From contig CM022671.1 of the NCBI GenBank assembly GCA_012295275.1, positions 17,360,001 through 17,424,000 of the forward strand: a stretch of 64,000 nt of DNA, read 5' to 3'. Under the pieces are notes generated by a model. It saw only the letters and a program-made list of their open reading frames with translations. It was not told where the DNA came from and did no database searches. Every line of letters starts with the position of its first letter. The stretch's first letter is position 1. This DNA comes from Chrysomallon squamiferum. Taxonomy: Eukaryota > Animalia > Mollusca. This document shows, in pieces, positions 30,173 through 43,225 of this stretch. A program made the position numbers and the translations under genes.

Positions 30173-32365
30173 GTTTTGTAAGGGAGATAACTCAAGAACT
30201 ATAACGGGTCTCAGACCCGCTATAATTAATGTGTTAGTTCGAAGAGATTCTGTCACAAACATAAACATCTTTAATGATAATTTATAATAATTTACATTTA
30301 ATAGTTATAATTAACAAAAAAAAATAATTAGAATTACTGTTATTTTTTTTTTTTTTTTTCCTTATGTTGGATTTTATTTATAATCCACATTTCCACAATA
30401 ACCATTCCAAACTTGCAGTATTCTTCTTTGATTATGTCATGTTAGTACAGCCATTTTGTATGAACTAATAATGAAAACTGAATAATCAAAATAGTGATTC
30501 AACATATTTAATGTGCATAATTAATATAACCACATACATATATAAAAACTAGTTAACAGCAAAACAAATCTATTACCATTAAAAAGCACAAAATAAAATA
30601 ACATACATGCACTAACCCATTGTATATTGTTAACATGTTGTAAATAAATATCAAATACTATTCATCCTAGTACTATCTGCTCATATGAAACATATCATTG
30701 TCTAAAAAATACTGAAAAACACAAATTTATGTGTTAAATGATTATTCTGAGTAAGTATAACATCAAATGGTGATGGTGATGAAAATTGTAATTTAAATAA
30801 GTGATGTTAATTGTGATTTGTGTTAATTTGTAATGTTAACATGATAGTTTAGAACATCTAACGTATCTGGAGAAGCATGTATATATAAAACATTAAAAGC
30901 TAATAATATATTATTTTAAATCACTTATTTGTTGTTTAAATTGAAAATAAAAGACAAGTTCTTTTTTCTTTTCTTTTTTTTATTAATCTTAATCATAAAA
31001 ATTTGGCTTGATGCTTATACAATATTTCAACAAGTTAATAATTTAACATTTATGAAAATATTAATATGTTAATACAAGAACTCTGTGATAACTGTTACAC
31101 TGCATAATTAAAGATTCTGGTTCCATCATTCAGTCATGGATTTCAGGAAAATTGATTACTGTCATTGCTGTATACAAAATTTCCTACATGAAATATATTT
31201 CTGTATATAAAAAAAATAAAGTAGTGCAAAAAGAAGTTGAATAACATTGGACAGAACAAAATAAAAAATTATAATACCTATTTTATTCCTTTATATCTAT
31301 ATATGATTGTAGATGTACATTTTCTAATTAAATTAAATACAACATGATCATATATTAAATATTTTAAAAAAATGAGTATTTACTATAAACATTGATGCCA
31401 GATCTTTCAGGAAATTCATAATCCTTTTGTAAAAACAAGTCATTTCTGCATGACTAACACATATACAGATTAAATTCACACATTTATCAATTTGGTAGTG
31501 GTAAATGAAACAAATATACCAGCAGATATGACCAAAATTAGAAAATGGTTAGGATAACAAACAGCAAAGTCTATAAACAAAAATGATCACTTTCTAAAAT
31601 AATATATAATTAACATGCCACCTTTGAATGACCAAAAATTTACTATCCAGTGGATTTCATAACAATATGGAAAAAAACTTTTTTCATGAAGATTTATTTA
31701 ACATACAAATTTTTATTTTTATATATTTTTTACTCCTTCAAGATATTTTTCTGTATTTACATTCTGAAAATCAAATGTACACAAACAAAATGAAAAACCT
31801 TTAAAAAATAACCTGGAATGTGAATTTATTTCAACAATAAACATAGGTTTATAATATCGTCACGATATAAAAATAAATCTGTACAAATCCTTTGGTTGTT
31901 TGTTTTCCTTCTTAAAAGAATATAAACATAATATGGCAAAATGTATCCCCAAAATTTTAATACTGGTTAAAATCTTTTAAATTACATAGCTAACATGATT
32001 GTAATTGAAATCAGTTGTGGTTTTACATAATTATAAAGATGCCGGATCAATGTCCTGCATTTATATTATTACAACAGTCCTGAACATAAATGACAAAAGT
32101 TATGAAATTATAATTTAATGCTGACATCACTAAACTGTACAAGTTTTGTCTTTTTGTTTTTATTTTGTTATGTTTCTGAAAAACCAGGAATATCTGAATA
32201 GTTTGTACATCGCACTTTAACTGGTTTTCACTCAGTAGTTAAAACAAATTGTTTTTTTAACTTAGGTTTAACAGAATGACATGTATGAAATAAAGGCATG
32301 TAATAAATGAATGTTAACCCACAATGAATAAAAAATCCCACACAACATTAATAAATAAATTAAAC

Positions 32366-33990
32366 TTAAGCAGGGTTCTTTAATAATTTTTCTTCATCAA
32401 GTTCAGCATCCAGCAGTTTCTGTTTGCTTTCCTGAATATGTTTGTCTTTCATTTCTTTACGTCTCACTTCTGTGTAACCAGCAGAACCCCCCAACACAAT
32501 GAGATTGCTCAACCACCAAAGCAAAGGCTTTCTGTCTTGATAAAACACACAAGCCAAAACTGTCTGTGCACATGCTTTTGCTGTTCCAGATATATTATGT
32601 GTCAGAGGTGATGTGATTTGAATTTGAAGTCCAGTGATATAGCCAATGCCAAATCCAAAAATGCCACTAACAATCATTATATTCCAAAATTTTATTTCTC
32701 CTAACTTTGGAAAGTTAACAACCTCATTGTACTCCCCAAATATAAACATTAGAGGAATAAAGAGAACTGTTGCATTAATGTTGTTGTACAGAGTTAATTG
32801 CCAGACATTGTTGTCAAGAAGTGGCAGAATTTTCTTTGTGTAGATAGCATTCATGGCCACACTTGCACTGGCCATCACTCCAAATATAACTCCAATAACA
32901 GACAGTGATCCTGGGGGAAAATGAAATAATAAAATCTAATTTAAAACATGAAGTGATTAAATATTATAGACAAAAATTAACATTTATGTAATAGTCAAAA
33001 TGAAAGAATCTAAACTTAAAAGAATCTAAACTCAAAAAACAGTCATAGGCAATACAAGTAGAAAAAGGATAAAATACTTATCACCATAATTTAAAATGAT
33101 ATTTAGTAACTATAATAAGCAATAGAAATGAAAGTATTACTAATGCACTGAAATGATATCTTCTGCATTGAATTTCTAATGATTATTTTATTTACCTGCT
33201 GCCCCTTCTTGATCTACACCAAGAATAAAGCCACTAATGATGATAAAACAACAAACTACGGCCTTCACAGATGTTGTCTGTTTCAGCATCACATAGGACA
33301 AAACCTGTAATTAAAATATATTGGAATTCTGTATGCATGAAACCCTAGCAAATAAACCTAATCATAACTTAATCATTGTCATTTAATGAAATACTGGGAA
33401 CCCAATATACAAAAAACCTAGCAAATAAACCAAAATCATACAATTAATCACTGTCATTTAATAAAATACTTAACAGAAATATGTATGTGAATAAGATGAA
33501 ATAATAAAATTTTATCATATACATTTTATTTCCTTATTTAGAAAAGTTCATTAGTTAATATTTCAAATGTTTAAAAAAAACATTTTTTAAATTAAAATAA
33601 ATTTTGGAAAAAGAAAAGAAGAAAAAGGAAAAGGCATATTATATTTAACAGTGCTAAAAGAATCAGGCTAAACTTTGATTCAAATCATATGGTGGATTTA
33701 TCTATCTCTTAATACTGTAATAATAATTAGACAATACCCACCAAACATACAGGTTTGTCAACATTTTCTCTTAAACCTTTTCTTAATGCAGTGTGGGCTA
33801 TATCCATATGTTAATGATTCACCTGTGTTTCATTTAATATTTATCTATTTCAATACAGTAGCAGCTAGGTTTATATATATAAACTTAAATGTCATTTTAA
33901 AGATAGATTATAAAATATGAATATTGAGACCTAGTTATGAATCTAATTTAAATGGTAAAATGTTTATTAAATAACTCTGCATTAATTCAT

Positions 33991-34022
<32 letters not shown>

Positions 34023-34091
34023 GATAGATATACAGATAGAGAGACAGACAGAGACAGACGAACAGATAGACAGATAGACGAACAGATAGAC

Positions 34092-34125
<34 letters not shown>

Positions 34126-36368
34126 GCTAGCAGGCAGACAGATAGGTAGAAATATACCCTATTTAATATTTAATATTATAAAACTGGATTAAAGGTACTC
34201 TATAAAACTGTAATATACAAACCACATTGAAAACTGTAGTCAAAGAACGTCCAACATAGTAAAATGCAACACCAACATACATGAGACAGAGATTGTTGAA
34301 TGTTATCATTGCCACAAAAATAACTGAGAGAGGAAGTACCTGAAAAGAGGAAACATAATTATCATTTCAAATAAAAATGTGCTATCTGGTATTGTATATT
34401 ATTAGCAGTCTGTTAGGTGTAAAATTCCAGGAAATAATACATGAAATACTAAAAAAAAAAAATAAATAAGTAAATTCAGAAATGATATATCTGCTAAGCA
34501 TAAAATTGTTTATTCTTTATTTTATTCACATTTACAAATGATTTAGAAAAAATGTGTTTTTGCATATATGTGTTTATGAAAATTTAAAAAAAAAAAAAAA
34601 AAAAAAAATTAGATACAATTTACATAAGACCGTACTATTTCCTTTTTAACTTCTCTGGTAACACAAGAAGAATGCCCACTGACTAGCAAATTATTTAGAA
34701 TAAAATAAAAATATTTAATCCCTTTTATTATCCATATTCCATAAGTAACAGATCAGAATCATTCCACTTTTTTTTTTTGTCATTAGATGGTTAAAGCAAG
34801 TAAAAATTTGTTTAAAATTACATATCTTTAAAGAAAATAAACATAAGTAAATAATGATAATATTCTGTAAATATGTTTTAAAGTTTACTCACTGTTCTAC
34901 ATATCTTCCAGTCTAACTTAAAAGGAGGAAATGTGATCAGATGGGGAACATACTGAGCAGCGAAACTTAGAACAACACACAGAAAAACAGTAACAACACA
35001 CTGAAACCATGTCACAAAGAGTGGCGCATGTAACTGCAAAATAAAACCAAATAAATCAGATCAATACTTAATATATACGACTAATACTATAAACTCACTT
35101 TGTAATTTTAAATGTAATTTTGTTTTACAGTGACAATGTTAAAGACACCTACTGACACGAAAGTAACTGATCATCAGTCAGCAGCAGGAGAATTTTTATA
35201 TGTACATTCATGCAGAACAGAGAAAAGTATGGGTTTAATAAACCTTATTCTTTTTCCAGTTGACTGGAATATGCAGTAGAACATTACGTACATGAACAGC
35301 TTATTTTGTGATTCATCATGCATCCAACCTGAGTTGCTCTTCATCCATTTAAATTGTCAAAAGATTTAAATGATTTACTTTTACTGCTGGTTGTCAAAAG
35401 GTTTAAAATCTATAACTTTAAGACTGGAAATTTGACTAGTTTCATAAACTTACATGTTTTACAGTAAGGTGTTACTCAATAAAAGAAAAAAATTACTATT
35501 TTCTGTGAAGATATGTAAAAGTATTTTCATGAGAAGTTTACCTTAAGATCTTTACTGCTAAGGAGATATTTATTCACAAATACCATCGATATGGATATAA
35601 ACCTAAAAAAAAATAATAATAATAATTTAAAATAACAATAAAATACATATCTTTTCATAATGTATAATAATTTTCAATGTATCTTATCCAAATAATATGA
35701 TGTAAGGAATATAATGTCTTTAAATTCAGTCTTTAAATTGTGTATATTAAATAAAAGATCAAAAGGTTATAAATGCTTGACATTGTCCTAATGTTAACAA
35801 TAGATGCAGATTTGGATTCCTTGTGAATTCCTTTTTGCTGCAACAGCAGCATTGAGAAGATTGGCCTGCTGGTTCATGAAATATCAGGCTCCAAAAACTG
35901 AATCCCAATATTTATCAAAATCTGAATCAGTCTGTTTACAACCATTGTGTAAACTGATATGGAATGACCATGTAACAGTTTTGCTTATAAAAGTATTATC
36001 ATTTCTGTTATTTTCAAAAATGTAACAAAATCTTAAAATACCATTTTAAAAATATTCTTAATGAAACACATGACACATTTTTTTTTATAGCCATAAACTC
36101 ATTAGGATTATGTTTATGATCTTAAACAGAGTCAATGCTTTGGTTGAACATCTGTACCTTTGATTAAAAGGTGATACTGATTGTGACAGATGTTCAGCAG
36201 ATTAAGTATCAAATGGAAAGAAAAATGGAGAAATTAATATGAATAAAAACTAGTATAAATTAAAATGAGACTCTGTTATGTTAAAGTGACCATATCTTTA
36301 AAAAAAAAATTACATTTCAAAATGTTATCTTTTAAAAATTAGTTTTTGTTTTTTTCAATTTATTATTA

Positions 36369-36399
<31 letters not shown>

Positions 36400-37410
36400 T
36401 TTATTTATGTTTACATTAATAATTTTCATCACTTATTTTTCTGTAAAAGATGGATTTTTATGTAAAAAATTAAAAAAAATTAAAATAGTAATAATAATAA
36501 GAATAACAATTGCACACTGCTTTTTGCTGTGGATGAGAAAGAAATGATGAAAAAAAGAAAGGATAATTATTATTATTATATTTATTAATTAAAACAATAA
36601 AATGCCCTCTCAATCATAATCAAAACTTTAAACCTAAACAATAACTATAATACCTAAACCAGGAACACAAACCTAAAACATTTTCCTAATAAATAAAAAA
36701 TAATAATAAAAATCAAAAATAAAACCTAATCAAAAAGTCAAGCACAGCAATCAATATATATGTATGTATGTATGTATGTATCCAAATATCTCAGTGTGAG
36801 AACATATAAATCATAATGAATGATACATTTTAAATGTTTTCACATCCAGTGTAAGCACATTTAACAAACCATTCAAGTTAAAAAATTAAAAAATTAAATT
36901 AAAAATCACCTTCTACATAATTATGAGAATACCCTTTTAATGAACTGAAAACCATTCAGTGTTAATATTAGAAAATATTTATTATTGTGTGTGTGTGTGT
37001 GTGTGTGAATATATACATAGTAACATACATATATATATATATTATATATTATTAAAAAATAATAATAATAATAATAAATCAAATAAAATTTTTAAATATT
37101 TATGTATGTAGTTATTTTTATATTTTCTTTCTTTCTTACCATTAAAAAATAATACATTTATAAAATAGAGAAACACACGTCATCTTATAAATAACACAGG
37201 ACTACAAATCCTAGAAAGGAATGAATATAATTTAAATAAAATAAAATAAAAGTAAATACATCATTATATTACAAAACTTTAAAAGTGTTACTGACAAACT
37301 TACCAATATGCTGATACCACAGCAAAGATTTTTAGGGATTTGGAAAGGAGAGACTCCATGACTTCTCTTTTCCCTCTGGATTTGCCTTTAGAATAAAAAA
37401 ATGAGTTCAT
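32366..37410 (-). CDS. SLC35C1: GDP-fucose transporter 1, 6 exons (37304-37410, 35542-35602, 34893-35033, 34223-34339, 33196-33304, 32366-32910)
   Basis: Spliced protein [68 protein letters not shown]..[43 protein letters not shown]..[40 protein letters not shown]. Diagnostic SLC35C1 motifs; GT-AG introns. Confidence 0.96.
33342..33471. repeat. Local direct duplication of ~55 bp in an SLC35C1 intron
   Basis: aaccctagcaaataaacc..aatcataa..ttaatca.tgtcatttaat.aaatact occurs twice (~33342 and ~33415). Confidence 0.8.
33991..34148. repeat. (TA)n followed by (AGAC/AGAT)n microsatellite
   Basis: Directly visible. Confidence 0.9.
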
Positions 37411-38072
37411 CTCATTCACTAAACAAGAATAACTAGATTTGACAGCACCGGTGTTAACGCAAATATTGTCAACGTAATTTAAAATGTAAAAGCAAATGTT
37501 ATTGTGTTACTTCATTTATACTCATCTATCAAACAGTAACAAAATATGTAAATTATTTGATTGAATGAAATACAATGATTTTGTTTAGCAAAAGATTAAA
37601 ATATTTGTGAAAGACTATTATTAGGGGACATATTTAATTTCACAAGCGGTACACAAATATCTTATCACCTGATTTATGGTCAAAACTGAAAAAAACGAAA
37701 TATGAAAACAACGGTTTTTTACAGATTCAGTATATATTAATAATTTTGTAAATTTGCCATTATTTAAATTATTTCATTTATTATAAATATAAGATAAATA
37801 AATATATTAATTAGCAAGACTTTTAATTAATTAATATTTTTACTCTCTTGGTCATTCCGAATTTTGAACATTTGGACTATCGACTGGTCAAACTGCAAAA
37901 AATTGTAGTACGTAGTTTTAACCCAATGCGTAACTAAATTAAATTTTAGTTTATGTTTGTCCACGTTGTGATCGTCCAAATGTTTTTATTTTCGTATTGG
38001 TGCAAACTACCGAGCAAAGTATGGCTTTAAGTTCGCAGTTTTGACAAAGGCTGATAAAGAGATAATACAAAT

Positions 38073-39920
38073 ATGGTATAATGACACCAGTTATGATCTA
38101 TTTATTTAATTCTGATTTTAAAAATATTATAATTACACGTTAAAATACATTATTATTATACACACACTGACACAATAACACTATTACTGTTAGTATTACA
38201 CAGTGCTACTCAACTTAGTCTTACAACTTACAATTCTACTACACAGGCTGAGTAATGGTAACTCTTGTTACTAATACTAGTATAAATTTATATTCATTAA
38301 ATATAAATATTGAGAAATGAAAGTGAATTTAAAATATAAATAAATAAAATTTAAGTAAAATAAATAAAATTGTTAATGTTATGGTGACAGACCATTTGAC
38401 ATTGGCAAGATTACTGTTGTCAGTGTTGATGTACTTTATACTTTTATAGTACTGTAAGTGTTTTGCTATTTGTATTTTTGTAAATTATGGTATATAACAC
38501 TCTAAATACTTTAATATAATCCACGTTGTCATGTTTGTGACACACCATCAAATACCATCACGCATTTGTAAATCAGATATAGCATATTTTTAAATTCAAA
38601 CCACTACCAAGCAATTTGTTTTGACTGGTAACATTGTCACTTCTTTAGCCAGTAATACCTAGATGTGTGTTCTTGGAGCATGTATTATTTGTCTATGGTA
38701 TTTCAGTAAAACTAGTTAGAATAGCATTTGGTGTGCAAGCTCGTAATAAACATTTCTGTCACTAACATTTTTTTTTTTCATTTTTTTTTTTTCAGTCTTT
38801 TATTATAAAATATTATTGTTTGGACATTTGTTTTGTAATGATTCATTGTCTGAGTGTTTTTTTATGATCTGAAATATTGCCTGCTGACAATATGCAAGCA
38901 AAATGAAATTCTACAAAAAAATATATAAATCATTGGTAACAGAATGAACATTTTAATAAATCATTAAATGTATACTTGGTTATTAAAAACGTATGTATTA
39001 TATATTAAAATCAGTAATGATTTATTTATTTATTTTAAATTATAAACAACACAATTTTATGTTTATATGAAGGCAACCAAACTGTTCCAGTGGCTAGCTG
39101 GTGTTGGTCTGTTTGTATCAGTGTGGTTTGCTGTGGTGACAGGATATATTCAACTCAGTATTCCAGGTCCAGTGTTTGAAGTTGTTTTGATAGTGAGTAT
39201 AATCTGTTAATATATTCCTTATTTCTTGATTTGACATAATATTATATGAAATTTGTCTAGCATAAAAGTTGTCATAAATTTGTATATCTTTGTATCTCAC
39301 AAATGTGTTTTTTATTTATTTATATTGTTTTTTTTTAAAGTTAAATGTTAATTACAGCTTGTAATTTGTTTCTTTTTGATATTGTCTCAAATATTAAATT
39401 TGTCATAGAAAGTTTCCACTTTCTGTTTGCATGTCAAATATATCTTCTGTGGTTAATATCATTAATATGATTTAAGAATATAAATTATGACATTTTATTG
39501 AATACTAAATATTATCTGCATATTACTTCATGAATGTATTTGCATTTATTATTTTCTATTTTAAACACTGTTTAGAAGCAACTGGCAATTCATCCATATA
39601 TAATCTTAATTACCAGTGCTATGAATTTTCTTTCTGTATTCATTTCAGCTTCCTCTCTATCTGCTGATGACATTTGCTGTGAGTGTTTACTAACAAGTAA
39701 ACTATAGAAAACTCCCCAATTTAAAAAACACTTAATAGTTTCTGTCAGGTAGACAAAAAAACCTGAACACATTTTTAAGTATTAACTTTGTTTTTAATCC
39801 TGAGTATAATTCATATTCCCATTATTCAAAGGTAATTTGTTGCTGTAATTGTTTTATTGTGCTTATTATTTAAACAAATATTACTAAGATGTTGCATGTG
39901 ATATATAAGTACTTGTATTA

Positions 39921-39953
<33 letters not shown>

Positions 39954-40450
39954 TTTTTTAGTGTGTATCTCTAGCTATTGTTGGGTATAGAGTTGCTACC
40001 TTTAATGATTGTGTCAATGCATCAGAAGAGCTTCAAAAGGTTAGTGTGATCATTTTATTTATTTTCTTTACTTGTAAAACCTAATTCGTTTTACTGGGAA
40101 AAGATATCTTCGTCATACACCTTTAGATCGCATATAATATTGGGTTGATGATTCTGGGTAAAAACTAGGCACATGTAGGATTTTTACACTTTCTTGAATT
40201 TGTTGGCAAACACTGAAAGTATATATTCAGTATTATTCATAGACAAATAGCATATGTTTAACGATTTAAGCCCCCCAAAAATTACACTTGATAAAGTGTT
40301 TGTTTAAAACTTCTCAAATATTTTAATATTAATGTTTGAATTTTATGCATTTATTGATTTAATCATTTTATTTTTTTCCAGCAAATAAAAGAAGCGAAAT
40401 TGGACTTGAAGAAAAAAGGTTTCAAATATGCAGATGAATGGGCATCTTGA
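38073..40450 (+). CDS. DPM3: Dolichol-phosphate mannosyltransferase subunit 3, ~99 aa (ATG 38073-38075, 39073-39192, 39649-39678, 39962-40039, 40382-40450)
   Basis: Spliced protein M-ATKLFQWLAGVGLFVSVWFAVVTGYIQLSIPGPVFEVVLI-LPLYLLMTFA-CVSLAIVGYRVATFNDCVNASEELQK-QIKEAKLDLKKKGFKYADEWAS*. Matches DPM3 (TKL.QWL; LP.YLL; VGYRVATF.DC..A..EL..QI.EA..DL..KG). All introns are phase 0 GT-AG. The start is uncertain: an in-frame ATG at 39067 is an alternative. Confidence 0.93.
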
Positions 40451-42429
40451 TGTCTGTACAGTCAAAACCAGGGAAACTGAATTAGTGATGAAGAAACTCA
40501 CAACCAGAGGCCATCAATTTAAGAACTGTTATATAAAATGAAAATATAAAAATCATTGGAAGAATTCACATTCTTGTTGAAGAATGTATGGATGAAACCA
40601 TACAGAATGAAATAATTACTGGATTCATTTTAAATCCATATTAAATAATATACAAGTATTAACTACAAAAAGAACATCACTGACATTTTCACAGGCCTTG
40701 ATTCATTAAAAAGTACTCAATTTCTGACTCCACAACTTTGAGTTTTAGGTTTCAGATGAAAGCAGTGATGATTTTTTTGTTGTTGTTTTTTATTATTTGT
40801 CACTAAATGGCCAAGTGGCATGACAAAGTAGCAATTTATAAAACCAGTCGTAAACATTACTAGTCTGCTTTGTGTTGGACAGAACAACAGGCAGAACAAT
40901 ATTGGTTATTTTTCTTTTTAAAAATATTGGCCTTGTCTAACTGCATCTTGATCTGCAAACCATGTTATGCCCTAAGGACACATTTGTGTACTTTATAGTA
41001 CAGTTCACATGGACACAAGTGCTTAGAGAATTTTAATAAAACTGGGGGTTTTTTTAATGTTGAGTTTTGGTTTACATGCTTAAAAAACATTTATTAAAGA
41101 TTTTTTTTTTTTTGATATTGAAGAAATGTATAAATTATTTTTTTATTTGTTAATTTATGGAAATAAAATGTCATTTTTGTAATAAATATTTTCTTTTGAA
41201 TACTGATGAAAGGATAAATAAAAATATATTTCATTTTGTTCATCACATAATAATACTGCCCAAATTCTTTATGCAACTTGCTGCATATTTGTGCAATTCA
41301 AAGTAACAGATGACTACTAAACACGTCTTACTCTCCTTGTATTAAAACACTTTATGTTGATGTGATTAAGTGTGTAGTCTGTGTGTGTGTGTGTGTGTGT
41401 TCAAGAATATACAAATAGTTGTATACTAAATACAAATTTTATATTGATTTTATTTACCTAATGTATGACGTAACTAGTAATATCTACATCTCTTTTCTGT
41501 TTGTGTAAACATCTGTTCTTTGTGACTGGATGTTCTGAATGACTTTCTTCTTAGGTTGTCATCTGTTTCTTCTTAGGTTGTTAACTGTTTATTCTACAAT
41601 CATGCATCTATCAGATTAAATATTTTAATATATTGGAAGTAATGGTAACTAATACATTTTTTTTTTTTTAGTTTTTGGTGAATAAAAACCTACTAGGCAT
41701 CATTCCAGTTACCTCTGGTTATAATTATAATATTGTTATTGTTATTATTTTTTTTTTTTTCCTCTGGTACTTGAATGAGATGTGAGAAGAAAGAAATGAA
41801 AGAGAGATAAAGTGAAATTTTGATGTTACTAACAATAAAATACTCTTTCACACAGACACACACACTTTACACATGGATAAAAAATTACTATATTTGTGTA
41901 TATTTAAATATAAATAAAAACTGATAATGCAGTTTCTTGCTTTCACACCCTCTTTTTCTTTAATAAAAAAATAAAACAAAAGTTATAAAGCTTATTTGTC
42001 TTTGGTCTTTAAATCTATTTGGATTTGAAATTATACATTCAGTAGTTCCCAAAATGGGCTTTATTGATGTACCAAACAAATAAAAAAATTAATTAAGTTT
42101 AAATTGTTAAAGTTTTAACTATTTCTGTTTTAGTTTGTAGTTGACAGAGAGGACAAAATAATTCATAAACATCTTTCATATATAGCACTAAAATGATTAT
42201 TAATGCAGAAACTAATAAATTATGGGATAATAATATTTATTTTACGTTCGTGATTAATTTTATTTAAATATTAAGTTTAGTGAACATAGTTATTTATTTA
42301 TTTTAAATAATAATAATAATACTACTAAACCATTTTATTAATATTATTATCAGTACTAGTAGTAGTAGTAAATAACATTGTATATGTAAGCACGTTTCAA
42401 CGACCCTAATTCTTCTTCGCTGACAATTA

Positions 42430-42439
42430 GTCACGTGAT
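42430..42439. promoter_or_regulatory. E-box/CLEAR-like GTCACGTGAT upstream of the SLC25A20 pseudogene
   Basis: TCACGTGA palindrome; homologous position and context to 46359-46368. Confidence 0.5.
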
Positions 42440-42563
42440 ACGCCATGCTGACCTCTGTGTTGCATGGTTGGTTTTTAGGCTGATAATTTTAATTTTTTTT
42501 TTTAAATGTTTTTATTGATTTATTATTATTTTTTTTTTTATTATTATTTCTCTTGCTGTCAAA

Positions 42564-43171
42564 ATGAGTGAAAAGGAAAATCTGTTAAAAGACTTTTTGG
42601 CCGGAGGTTTTGGCGGGATGTGTTGTGTTGTTGCTGCCTGTCTCTACAAGACACTATCAACGTAAAGTCACAACAGACGCCTCGAATATTTGTGATTAAA
42701 GGAGACCGTCAGCCAGTTAGTTATTGGCCGCTTTTAACTCGTTTCCGGTTTCGCTTTCTCGATTGTTTACATCGTTACCATCGCTTATATTTGCTAAATG
42801 CTGTTTGGTATTTTGTCCCATGGAAAAAAATCAGTCCTTTTTAAGAAGCATAAATTTTTACTTTTTCTTCTTCATCTATTTTTTAGGCCATATTTACCAG
42901 TTTCTACAAATTTGGAATTAATTAATAATAATAACACGATGAAGAAGAATGCAAATAAATTAATCTTTTTCATTAAGAGGACCTTTTCAGTAAGAATATA
43001 ACAATATTTTATTCACATTTCCAAGCTACATTTTTGAAAACTTTCATTTTCTTTGAGAACGTTTTTCATACTTATACACTGCCAATTTACAAAAGACTAA
43101 ATACAAAAACCAATAAAATCTATTTATCGCCAAGTGTTTTATTTTTCTTTCAATTTATTTATTTATTTATT

Positions 43172-43225
<54 letters not shown>

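Noticed and set aside
30185-30193. AGATAACTC shared with 61825-61833 (reverse strand) near the two cilia-gene promoters
   Set aside because: An AT-rich 9-mer is expected about once by chance in 64 kb.
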